From NCBI GenBank assembly GCA_937766455.1, contig CALLXD010000015.1, positions 700 through 64,699 of the forward strand: DNA of 64,000 bases. Reading direction: 5' to 3'. Positions within the stretch are counted from its first letter, which is position 1. Every line of letters begins with the position of its first letter. A model generated the notes under the pieces. That model made no database searches, was not told the origin of the DNA, and worked only from the letters and a program-made list of their open reading frames with translations. The translations under genes were made by a program, and so were the position numbers. Positions 27,933-36,558 of this stretch are shown one piece after another. Origin of the DNA: Vicinamibacterales bacterium. Its GTDB lineage: Bacteria > Acidobacteriota > Vicinamibacteria > Vicinamibacterales > UBA8438.

Positions 27933-28797
27933 CTAGAAGGTATCGCGGCTGTCGGGGTCTCCGCTCTCGAGGCCGCGCCGTAGCCACTCGACACGTTGCG
28001 CTGACGACCCGTGCGTGAACGACTCGGGGTGGACGCCGCGGCCCCCCATCCGTTGAATCCGGTCGTCGCCGATAGCCGCGGCAGCTCGCAGACCTTCCTC
28101 GACGTCGTCCGGGTCCAGGTTGCCACGCTGCGCCGTCGAGTAACCCCAGACTCCAGCAAAACAGTCGGCTTGGAGTTCCTGTCGGACCGAGAGGTCGTTG
28201 CGTGACGCGGGGTCCGCTTCTTGACGTTGGCGCACGTTGTCCGAAATGCCGGTGAGGGTCTGCACGTGGTGGCCGATCTCGTGGGCGAGAACGTAGGCTT
28301 GAGCGAAGTCCCCCGGAGCGCCGAACTGCGACCGCAATTCCGCGTAGAACGACAGATCGATATAGACCTGCTCATCTGCGCCGCAGTAGAAGGGGCCCAT
28401 CTCGCTTTGGCCCACGCCGCACCCAGACCGCGTCGCGTCACGGAACAGCACCAGCGTGGCATCGCGATACCCGGGCAGCAATTCACGCCAGGTTGCTTGG
28501 AGATCGTCGAGCACGAACGAGATGAAATCGACGAGTTCTTCCTCCTCGGGGGTCGTCCGCAACTCGTCGGACGCCAGGTCGCCTCCGCCGAGGCCGCCCC
28601 CGCCGAGTCCGACGCTCCCGCTCCCGACGTTGCCCCCCAAGGAAGGTCATGGGGTTGATTCCCAGGAACCAGCTGATGGCGAGGATGGCCAGCACCCCCC
28701 CGAGGCTCAGGCCACCGCCGACCCTCCGTCGTCCGGGTGACCGCCGCGCCCGTCGGTCGTCGATGTTGCGACTTCGTGTGCCCCGCTGGCACCGCAT
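27933..28797 (-). pseudogene. ypfJ: YpfJ-family neutral zinc metallopeptidase, interrupted by a +1 frameshift in a C6/G6 homopolymer
   Basis: The N-terminal part (28797 down; MRCQRGTRSRNIDDRR...GGVLAILAISWFLGINPMTFLGG) and the C-terminal part (28640 down; GGNVGSGS...AHEIGHHVQ...ELQADCFAGVW) lie in frames offset by 1. Removing one C from the run 28633-28638 joins them. Confidence 0.85.
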
Positions 28798-28913
28798 GAA
28801 CCGTTACCTCCTGTGGAAATGGGGAGAGTGACACGTGAGGGGCTTACCCTCGCCTCGTGAACCGATCGCACCGCAGTCTAATCCCAACAGCTCACGTAGG
28901 TCGAGATCGTCCC

Positions 28914-28941
28914 TTGACATCCTTCTGCCTGGAGCGATAAT
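28914..28941 (+). promoter_or_regulatory. Sigma70-like promoter candidate for the PQQ dehydrogenase gene
   Basis: TTGACA (28914-28919), 16-nt spacer, GATAAT (28936-28941), 107 nt upstream of ATG 29049. Confidence 0.5.
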
Positions 28942-29048
28942 CAGCGATACGTGCGGTTTTTAACACGATCCCGGGGCGGTGTCCCTGGTCGATCGTATTG
29001 CGATGGCGAGTGCGGCCGCGGGCCTGTGCGCGTCGCTCGGAGGAGCAG

Positions 29049-31121
29049 ATGACAGCAGACGCGGAATGTCGTGGGCGACGCGGACACCGGGTGTGGACGA
29101 CCTTGGGCCTGGCACTGGTGCTGGCCGCGAGTGGAGCGTCCGCGCAACAGCCGGGCACCGAAGAGGGTGAATGGCGCTATCAGAGCGGCGACGCGGGCGG
29201 CACCCGTTTCTCGCCTGCGGACCAGATAGACGCCAGCAACTTCGACGATCTCGAGACGGCGTGGGTGTTTCGCGGAGACAACTTCAGTCCACACGCCAAC
29301 TACACGTTCAAGTCCACGCCGAGCTACATCGACGGCATGCTCTACACGGTGGCGGGCTATCGCCGCACGATCGTCGCGATGGATGCCGGTACCGGTGAGC
29401 AGCTGTGGACATACCGCGAGCCGAACACCGTGCGCTGGGAGCAGTCCATGCGCGCGGCGTACGGCAAAGGCGTCGCGCACGGCTATATCGACGACCGACT
29501 GGTCATCTATGTCATTACGCCGGCCTTCTTCCTGCACGCGCTGGATGGGAAGACGGGCGAGCACATCGAAGGCTTCGGCAACCCGGTGCCGCTCCCCGGC
29601 TTCCCGAACACCGGTGTAGTCGATCTGCTTGCCGACCTGGGGTATGACTACGACCCGAACACCGGCCTCGATCCGAAGACTGGCTACATCACCAGTTCCT
29701 CTCCCCCCATCGTGGTCAACGACACCATCGTCGTGGGCAACTCGCACGAGCAGGGCTACAGCCAGTCTCGATTGGAGAACGTTCCCGGCGACATGCTCGG
29801 GTATGACACCCGGACCGGTCAGCACAAGTGGAAGTTCAACGTCATTCCACAGTCGGAGAGCGAGTTCGGTTTCGACACGTGGGAGAATGACGCGTGGCAG
29901 TGGACGGGGGACGTGTCCTCCTGGGCTCCGCTGGCGGCCGACCTGGAGCGGGGCATCGTCTACATCCCGACCAATGCGCCGACGATCGACTACTACGGCG
30001 GGTTCCGGCCCGGGAACAATCTCTTTGGCACGAGTCTCATCGCGCTCGATGTCGAAACCGGGAATCGACTCTGGCACTTCCAGACAGTGCACCATCCCAT
30101 CTGGAACTATGACCTCCCCAACGTCCCGATTCTGTACGATGCGACAGTGGACGGGGAGGCGGTGCCGATGGTCATCCAGACCACCAAGCAGGGGATGACC
30201 TTCGCGTTCAACCGCGTGACGGGCGAGCCGGTCTGGCCCATCGAAGAGCGGGCCGTTCCCGCATCGGTGGTGCCAGGTGAGCAGCTCTCTCCAACCCAGC
30301 CCTTTCCGACGAGACCTGCCCCGCTCGAAGAGCTCGGGCTGTCGGAAGAAAATGTGATCGACTTCACCCCCGAACTGCGGGCCGAGGCGCTCGAGATCAT
30401 GAAGAACTTCCGGGTCGGTGGGCCGTACATGCCGCCATTGCCGGAAGGCCATTCTGAATCGGTGCAGGGTTGGATTTCCTGCTCCGGCGGGCTGAACATC
30501 ACCAATCCGGCGTCTTTCGATCCGACAACCGGCATCCTCTATCAGCCGTCGGCTCCCGGTTGCTCCGGGCGGATGGTGCAGCCGGGGATCAACACCGACG
30601 GCGACACCCACGGGTGCACGTCGTCCGAGGGCGATTGCTGGACCACCGGTACGACGATCTCAGACTGGGTGCAGGGCGGAGGCGTTGGGTGGGCTGGTCC
30701 CCAGGGCCTGCCGATGAACAAGCCGCCGTACAACCGCATGACTGCGATCGACATGGACACCGGCGAACACCTCTGGTGGGTGCCGATTGGTGAGGCATCT
30801 GAACGGATGAAGCGCCACCCGGCGCTGCAAGGGGTTGACCTCTCCAACGTGGGTGGGGGAGCGCGCGCCATCTCGATGGTGACGGGCAGCTTGCTCTTGA
30901 CTACGCAGGGCTCAAATGGTCCGGCGGTATTGGATGCCCGTAACAAGCTGACCGGAGAACTGGTTGGGAGCGTCGAGCTACCGGCGCCGGGCCAGTACGG
31001 CATGATGAGCTACATGCACGAGGGGCATCAGTACATCGTTGTCCAGGTGGCCCAGGGCGGTTCGTTCCAAGGTGCGCTGGCGGCGCTGCGCCTGCCTGAC
31101 GTGGACGGGGGCGGGCACTAA
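29049..31121 (+). CDS. PQQ-dependent dehydrogenase (quinoprotein, 8-bladed propeller), periplasmic
   Basis: About 690 aa. A GGAGGAG Shine-Dalgarno sequence precedes ATG 29049. It has a signal peptide (LGLALVLAASGASA), the entry motif GEWRYQSGDAGGTRFSP and W-docking repeats throughout. There is no adjacent Cys-Cys pair, so it is more glucose-dehydrogenase-like than methanol-dehydrogenase-like. Confidence 0.88.
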   Translation: MTADAECRGRRGHRVWTTLGLALVLAASGASAQQPGTEEGEWRYQSGDAGGTRFSPADQIDASNFDDLETAWVFRGDNFSPHANYTFKSTPSYIDGMLYTVAGYRRTIVAMDAGTGEQLWTYREPNTVRWEQSMRAAYGKGVAHGYIDDRLVIYVITPAFFLHALDGKTGEHIEGFGNPVPLPGFPNTGVVDLLADLGYDYDPNTGLDPKTGYITSSSPPIVVNDTIVVGNSHEQGYSQSRLENVPGDMLGYDTRTGQHKWKFNVIPQSESEFGFDTWENDAWQWTGDVSSWAPLAADLERGIVYIPTNAPTIDYYGGFRPGNNLFGTSLIALDVETGNRLWHFQTVHHPIWNYDLPNVPILYDATVDGEAVPMVIQTTKQGMTFAFNRVTGEPVWPIEERAVPASVVPGEQLSPTQPFPTRPAPLEELGLSEENVIDFTPELRAEALEIMKNFRVGGPYMPPLPEGHSESVQGWISCSGGLNITNPASFDPTTGILYQPSAPGCSGRMVQPGINTDGDTHGCTSSEGDCWTTGTTISDWVQGGGVGWAGPQGLPMNKPPYNRMTAIDMDTGEHLWWVPIGEASERMKRHPALQGVDLSNVGGGARAISMVTGSLLLTTQGSNGPAVLDARNKLTGELVGSVELPAPGQYGMMSYMHEGHQYIVVQVAQGGSFQGALAALRLPDVDGGGH

Positions 31122-31163
31122 CGCCCCGTCGTCGCGTCGCAACCTGGCACACGGGTAGGATTG

Positions 31164-31197
31164 AGCCCGGGCGCGTCCAGCGCTCGGGCTTTTTTTT
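31164..31197 (+). terminator. Rho-independent terminator after the PQQ dehydrogenase gene
   Basis: AGCCCGGGCGC-GTCCA-GCGCTCGGGCT (11-bp stem including one G.U pair) followed by a T7 run. Confidence 0.85.
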
Positions 31198-31257
31198 GTC
31201 CGGGGCGGGCGAAACGATTTGGTTGTGTATAGGACAGAAACGTCGCCAGGGGACCCT

Positions 31258-31273
31258 TGGCCAGGAGCTAGCT
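31258..31273 (+). promoter_or_regulatory. Sigma54 (-24/-12) promoter candidate upstream of the pilin-like gene
   Basis: TGGCCAGGAGCTAGCT compared with the consensus TGGCACG-N4-TTGCW. The GG and GC are correctly spaced, 65 nt before ATG 31338. Two GCTAGC palindromes lie at 31267 and 31294. Confidence 0.3.
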
Positions 31274-31337
31274 TTCTGTAATTGCACGGGAATGCTAGCC
31301 TTATACGCACGGCGCGATTATTGCAAATCTGTTGCGG

Positions 31338-31901
31338 ATGGCGTCTCATGAAACGCGTGAGAATTCGACTGGTGCGTACGCCAAACCCCGCTCGGAGTCC
31401 GGTTTTACCCTGATCGAACTGATGGCGGTGGTGGGAATCATCGGCATAATTGGGGCGATCGCCGTGCCGGGGCTGATGCGAGCCAGGATGTCAGGGAGCG
31501 AGGCCTCGGCCATCGGTTCGCTCAGGACCATCAGCAGCTCGCAATCGGCCTTTGCGGCCAGTTGCGGCAGCGGGTTCTACGCGCCGTCGCTCGCACTGCT
31601 AGGGACGCCTCCAGCCGGAGGGCTAACGGCCTTCATCGGGACTGACCTCAACGCGGACCTGTCGTTCAAGAGCTCTTACGAGATGTCCGTGACTGGCGGC
31701 GCCCTGGCCACCGGGGCACCTGCTTCCTGCAACGGCGCCGCGGCTGGTGCCGTGGTCGCCACCTACTTCGCGGCCGCGCTGCCGGCCGCCACTGGATTTC
31801 GCTTCTTCGGGACCAATCAGGCGGGCGTTATCTATCAGGCTCGCGTCGTGGTGGCCGTTACCCAGTCCGGCGCGCCGGCCGGGGCGTTGCCCATTCAGTA
31901 G
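31338..31901 (+). CDS. Prepilin-type N-terminal cleavage/methylation domain protein (type IV pilin / pseudopilin-like)
   Basis: The leader ends in G, followed by FTLIELMAVVGIIGIIGAIAVPGL (class III signal with Glu5). Length is about 187 aa. Confidence 0.85.
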   Translation: MASHETRENSTGAYAKPRSESGFTLIELMAVVGIIGIIGAIAVPGLMRARMSGSEASAIGSLRTISSSQSAFAASCGSGFYAPSLALLGTPPAGGLTAFIGTDLNADLSFKSSYEMSVTGGALATGAPASCNGAAAGAVVATYFAAALPAATGFRFFGTNQAGVIYQARVVVAVTQSGAPAGALPIQ

Positions 31902-31964
31902 CGCACCGCCGACCCCGCTTCTGATATCCTTCGACTCTTCGCCGCGCCCGCGGCGACTCTAGCT

Positions 31965-33005
31965 ATGGCTGCGATCGCAATTACAGAACTTCTGGGGGAC
32001 GGGATCGGGCCCGAATTGCGCGCGTCCGTGCATGCCGTGGCCGATAGGCTCCCGATAGATATCCGGTTCGAACCGATCGATCTCTCCCTGGAAAACCGCC
32101 GTGAGGCCGGGCCCGAACTCTACGACAGGGCCATCTCTGCGCTGCGGTCCACGAAGTTGGGCCTGAAGTACCCGACGGTGACCGAGGTGGAGTCGCCCAA
32201 CGCGGTGCTCCGTCGTGGTCTCGACTTCAGTGTGATTCACCGCCCCGTGGTGTCAATCGACGGCGTCCAGTCCAATTTCAGCGAAGACGTGTTCTTGCAC
32301 GTGGTGCGGGTGGCGACCGGTGGAACCTATGAGGACCCGGGCCGTCGGGTTGGGCGCGATGCCGCCGTGTCACTGCGGATCGTCGAGCGCGGGCCATGCA
32401 CCGAGGCCGCCCGATTCGCCTTCAAGCTGGCCCGCCGCAAGACGCTGACGGTCACCTCGGCGTCGAAGTACACCATTCAGCGGGTCACCGACGGATTCTT
32501 CGAGGAAGTCGTGCGGGGTGTCGCGTCGGGGTACGACGACGTGGACCACCGGGTCGTCCTCTTTGATGCGCTCCTGGCCAAGATCATCCTCAAGCCGTCT
32601 GACTTCGGCATCGTCTTGTGTCTCAACGAATACGGCGATTTCTTGTCCGACATGGCGTGTGGGTTGGTTGGCAGCTTGGGCATCGGGGCCAGTGGCTCGT
32701 ACAGCTTTCTTGAGAACGGCGACACGGACGTCGCCATGTTTGATCCCGCCGGTGGCACCGCGCCCGACATCGCGGGTCAGAACAAGTGCAACCCGTCGGC
32801 CGCCTTGCTGGCCTTCGGCATGCTGCTGGACCACCTGGACCGGTATGACCTGGGCCACGCCCTGCGGATGTCCCTGCTGGCCTGTATCGCCGAGCGCGTC
32901 AGCACCCCGGACATCGGCGGCAGCCTGAGTACGACCGCCTTCACCGACGCGGTGCTGACCGAGTTGACTACACGCCTTCCCGTCACCGCGCCGGCCGGAG
33001 TCTGA
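31965..33005 (+). CDS. Isocitrate/isopropylmalate dehydrogenase-family protein
   Basis: 346 aa. The blocks are LLGDGIGPEL, LKYPTVT, NEYGDFLSDMACGLVGSLGIGASGS and DPAGGTAPDIAGQNKCNPSAALL. Confidence 0.88.
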   Translation: MAAIAITELLGDGIGPELRASVHAVADRLPIDIRFEPIDLSLENRREAGPELYDRAISALRSTKLGLKYPTVTEVESPNAVLRRGLDFSVIHRPVVSIDGVQSNFSEDVFLHVVRVATGGTYEDPGRRVGRDAAVSLRIVERGPCTEAARFAFKLARRKTLTVTSASKYTIQRVTDGFFEEVVRGVASGYDDVDHRVVLFDALLAKIILKPSDFGIVLCLNEYGDFLSDMACGLVGSLGIGASGSYSFLENGDTDVAMFDPAGGTAPDIAGQNKCNPSAALLAFGMLLDHLDRYDLGHALRMSLLACIAERVSTPDIGGSLSTTAFTDAVLTELTTRLPVTAPAGV

Positions 33006-33110
33006 GCCGCGCACACCGAGAGCGTGCGCCGGCCGCCGGACGCTGGCGTTCTGGCGTGTCACGGGCGAGGCGGGTTCGCGTGCGTATAATCGGCGCGAGG
33101 GAGAGTGACC

Positions 33111-34016
33111 ATGGGGACCAGACTACGGAGCGTCGGCGGAATCGTCGGCATGTTCACGCTCATGGCGACGTCTGTCGTGGCGCAGCCGCCGGACACACCC
33201 CTCACCCAGGAAGAGATGTTTCGGCGCAACGTCGGAAGCCGGGAAGAGCAGGTCACCCCGTTTCCGCCCCACAAAATCGTGGGGAACCTCTATTACGTCG
33301 GTTCCTACAGCCTGTCCGCGTTTCTGGTGGCGACCCCGGAAGGGCATATGCTGATCAACACCAACTGGGAGCGGGCGGTCGATGGGCTGAAAACCTCGGT
33401 CGAAGCGCTCGGCTTCGCGTTCGATGACATCGAGGTCATCCTGGGCAGCCACGCCCACGGCGACCATATGGAGGGCGACGCCCTGGTCGCGCAGATGACC
33501 GGCGCGCGGGTGATGGCGATGGCCGCCGATGTACCGGCGCTTGAGCGGATGCGCCCGGGTGACAAACCGCATCCGATCGATCGTGTCCTGCACGACGGAG
33601 CGACCGTCACCCTGGGTGGGACCACCCTGACCGCGCGGTTGACGCCCGGGCATACGAAGGGGTGCACGACCTGGACCATGCGCATCGAGGAGGACGGGGA
33701 AGTCCACGATGTTGCGATCATCGGCAGCATGGGAAGCAATCCGAATTTTCAATTTGTGAACAATCCGGACAATCCGACGATTGCCGACGAGTTCAAACAG
33801 GGGTTCCGCGTACTCCGGTCGCTGTCGCCGGATGTGCCCCTGGGGTCGCACCCGGCCATGTACGGAATGGCCGACAAGTACGAACGCATCGGCCGTGGTC
33901 CGAACCCCTTCATTGACCCCGACGGATACCGCCAAGAGGTGGACGCGGTCGAGACGCTGTTCCGCGCGGTGCTCGAGCGTCAGGAAGCGGAATCGGCCGC
34001 GGCGGGGCGCCCATGA
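33111..34016 (+). CDS. Subclass B3-like metallo-beta-lactamase-fold hydrolase, exported
   Basis: It has a signal peptide, FPPHKIVGNLYYVG, GSHAHGDH (HxHxDH), TPGHTKGCTTW and LGSHP. A GAGGGAGAG Shine-Dalgarno sequence favours ATG 33111 over GTG 33105. Confidence 0.8.
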   Translation: MGTRLRSVGGIVGMFTLMATSVVAQPPDTPLTQEEMFRRNVGSREEQVTPFPPHKIVGNLYYVGSYSLSAFLVATPEGHMLINTNWERAVDGLKTSVEALGFAFDDIEVILGSHAHGDHMEGDALVAQMTGARVMAMAADVPALERMRPGDKPHPIDRVLHDGATVTLGGTTLTARLTPGHTKGCTTWTMRIEEDGEVHDVAIIGSMGSNPNFQFVNNPDNPTIADEFKQGFRVLRSLSPDVPLGSHPAMYGMADKYERIGRGPNPFIDPDGYRQEVDAVETLFRAVLERQEAESAAAGRP

Positions 34017-34062
34017 GCCGCAATGGTTCGGCTGCCCGCTTCGGATCGGCGCACACCGGTTG

Positions 34063-34971
34063 ATGCATGTCATCACCCGAGAGAGGACTCATTTCGTGAC
34101 CGATGACGGTAACCTGGCGGTGTTTTGCGACTTCGAGAACATCGCGCTGGGCGTCCGAGACGCCAAGCTGACCAAATTTGATATTCGTCTCGTTCTTGAG
34201 CGGTTGTTGCTGAAGGGCAGCATCGTGGCCAAGAAGGCGTACTGCGACTGGGATCGCTACAAAGAATTCAAACCGACGATGCACGAGGCGGCATTCGAGT
34301 TGATCGAAATCCCGCACACCCGACAGTCCGGGAAGAATTCGGCCGACATTCGGATGGTCGTGGACGCGCTCGACCTGTGCTACACGAAGGAGCACATCGA
34401 TACGTTCGTCATCGTGTCCGGGGATTCCGACTTCTCACCGCTTGTGAGCAAGTTGCGGGAGAACGCCAAGTCGGTCATCGGGATTGGCGTCAAGAACTCC
34501 ACCTCAGACCTCTTGATGAACAACTGCGACGAGTTCATCTTCTACGACGACCTGGTGCCGGAACGTCAGCCGGCTCGACGCCGATCTCGCAGAGGCCGAA
34601 GCAAGCCGGCGTCCGCTCCGCAGGAGAAGGCGGCCGCACCGCTACCCGAAGCCGAGGTCGAGGTCGAATCAGCGTCAGGGGGCGAGCCGCCGTCGGATGA
34701 CCCGCCGACGGATGACCCCGCTCAGGAGGCGATCGATCTGGTGGTCAAGACGGCCGAGGCGATCTATGCCGAACGGGGTGACCGAGCCAAATTGTGGGGG
34801 TCGATGATCAAGCAGACCCTCAAGCGGCGTCGGCCCGGGTTCAATGAGTCAGCCTACGGATTTGGCACATTCAACGATCTGTTGGAAGAAGCGCAGTCTC
34901 GTGGCTTGCTCGAACTCGCCCTCGACGAGCGCTCTGGTGGCTACATCATCGCCCGCATCCAGGGCGACTAG
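34063..34971 (+). CDS. NYN (LabA-like) nuclease-domain protein with C-terminal OST-HTH/LOTUS domain
   Basis: NYN blocks are LAVFCDFENI, GKNSADIRMVVDALD and FVIVSGDSDFSPLVSKLRE. They are followed by a low-complexity linker and a C-terminal LWGSMIKQTLKRRRPGFNESAYGFGTFNDLLEEAQ block. The start is 34063 or GTG 34096. Confidence 0.8.
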   Translation: MHVITRERTHFVTDDGNLAVFCDFENIALGVRDAKLTKFDIRLVLERLLLKGSIVAKKAYCDWDRYKEFKPTMHEAAFELIEIPHTRQSGKNSADIRMVVDALDLCYTKEHIDTFVIVSGDSDFSPLVSKLRENAKSVIGIGVKNSTSDLLMNNCDEFIFYDDLVPERQPARRRSRRGRSKPASAPQEKAAAPLPEAEVEVESASGGEPPSDDPPTDDPAQEAIDLVVKTAEAIYAERGDRAKLWGSMIKQTLKRRRPGFNESAYGFGTFNDLLEEAQSRGLLELALDERSGGYIIARIQGD

Positions 34972-35055
34972 TGTGACGCGTGGTCACGAGCAGCCTGCGG
35001 TGACCGACGCGATGCCCGGCTGGCCAGGTCTGCAATGAATGACGGTTGCAGGGGA

Positions 35056-36549
35056 CTAGATGAACAGACCGGCCACCACATAGAGCCCGAAGGCCGCGGC
35101 GCCCGCGGCGAGCGCATACGGGAGTTGCGTGCGCACGTGGTCGATGTGGTCGCTCCAGGCGGCCATGGACGAGATCAGGGTCGTGTCACTGATCGGTGAA
35201 CAGTGGTCGCCGAAGACACCGCCGCCCAGGACCGCGCTGACGACGAGCGGAATGGACACCCCGGCGCCGTCCCCGAGCATGGCGGTGGCGACCGGAAGCG
35301 CCAAAGGAATCATGATGGCGAACGTGCCCCAGCTCGTGCCGGTGGCGAACGCCATCAGGCCGGCCGTGAGGAATACCAGCGGCGCCAGGAGCAAGGGCGT
35401 CAGGTAGGGCGTTACCAGGTCTGCGATGTACGGGCCGGTCCCAAGCGTGTTGCAGACGGCACCGATGCCAAACGCCAGCACGAGCAACGTGGCGATCGGC
35501 AGCATGCTGCCGGTGCCGGCGAGCAGCACATCCGCGAGGGTCTCGAACGTCAGCACGCGCCTCCTGGTGACCAGGAGGGCGGCGGCACTGAGGGCCGCCA
35601 ACACGCCCCAGAGCACCGACGTGGAACCGGAGGCGTTGTCGAGGACCTCCAGGAACGTCGGTGCCGCGAGGCCGGCGGCCCGGGCGCCGCCGACACCCGT
35701 GACCCCGATGCTGACCACCACGGTCACGACCAGGATGACCAACGGGATGATGAGGTTCCGCGCCCGTGGCGGCGCCTCCTCGTCGCGCAGCGGCGTCAGC
35801 AGCGCGTGCGATACCACTGGACGCGCACCGGGTGCGACCAGATCCCCGTCCTCCGTCGCGCGGCGTTCGGCTTCGCGCATCGGTCCGATGTTCCACCCCG
35901 TCGCGGCGACGACGAAGGCAAGTCCCACCGACAGCACGGCATGAAAATTCAACGGCACCGCGGCGAGGAAGACCGTGAGCGGGCTGTGGCCGCCCAAGTT
36001 GCCGAGAGCGGCCTGTGTGGTCAGCAGACTGAGTACCACGTCGCCCCAGCTGTTGATCGGGATCAGCATGCAGACCGGCGCTGAAGTCGCGTCGCATAGA
36101 TAGGCCAGCTTTTCCCGCGCGATGCGCAGGCGGTCAAAGACCGGCCTGGCCACCGCCCCCACGACGAGACAGGTAATCGTCGACTCGACAAACACCCCGA
36201 GCCCCAGGGTCGTCGCCAGCAATTGGACGCCGCGTCGCGTCTGGAGCCGAGGGGACCGGCCTATCCATTCCAGCAACCCGGCCACGCCTCCACCCCGTTG
36301 CAGCAGGAGCAGGAGCGGGCCCATGAGGAGGGTAAACAGCAACACGCGCATCTGTCCCGGATCCCCGAACACCGCGACGAGACTGTCGATCGTCGCCGCC
36401 GTGCCGCGAAGCGGGTCGCCGGTCACAATGACCCAGCCGATCCAGATCCCTGCCAGGAGAGCGGGGGCCGCCCGCCGACTGGCCATCGCCAGCCCGATCG
36501 CGAGCAGGGGCGGGGCGAGCGCGAGCCATCCGAATGTCTCGAGGTTCAT
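35056..36549 (-). CDS. nhaC: Na+/H+ antiporter NhaC-family membrane protein
   Basis: 497-aa polytopic protein. The N-terminus FGWLALAPPLLAIGLAMASRR and the C-terminal GDHCSPISDTT block are typical of the NhaC family. Confidence 0.8.
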   Translation of the reverse strand: MNLETFGWLALAPPLLAIGLAMASRRAAPALLAGIWIGWVIVTGDPLRGTAATIDSLVAVFGDPGQMRVLLFTLLMGPLLLLLQRGGGVAGLLEWIGRSPRLQTRRGVQLLATTLGLGVFVESTITCLVVGAVARPVFDRLRIAREKLAYLCDATSAPVCMLIPINSWGDVVLSLLTTQAALGNLGGHSPLTVFLAAVPLNFHAVLSVGLAFVVAATGWNIGPMREAERRATEDGDLVAPGARPVVSHALLTPLRDEEAPPRARNLIIPLVILVVTVVVSIGVTGVGGARAAGLAAPTFLEVLDNASGSTSVLWGVLAALSAAALLVTRRRVLTFETLADVLLAGTGSMLPIATLLVLAFGIGAVCNTLGTGPYIADLVTPYLTPLLLAPLVFLTAGLMAFATGTSWGTFAIMIPLALPVATAMLGDGAGVSIPLVVSAVLGGGVFGDHCSPISDTTLISSMAAWSDHIDHVRTQLPYALAAGAAAFGLYVVAGLFI

Positions 36550-36558
36550 CGGGGCTTG

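Noticed and set aside
27740-28834. 364-aa minus-strand ORF spanning the ypfJ region
   Set aside because: It is the third frame over ypfJ and gives Arg/Ser/Thr/Pro-rich nonsense. The two other frames carry the recognisable YpfJ N- and C-terminal halves.
28941-30611. 556-aa minus-strand ORF
   Set aside because: It lies antisense to the PQQ dehydrogenase gene and has the same Arg-rich low-complexity character.
35186-36097. Two about 300-aa ORFs (35186..36097 minus, 35203..36084 plus) inside the nhaC region
   Set aside because: They are alternative frame and antisense to the NhaC-family gene, with extreme Arg/Gly/Pro content.
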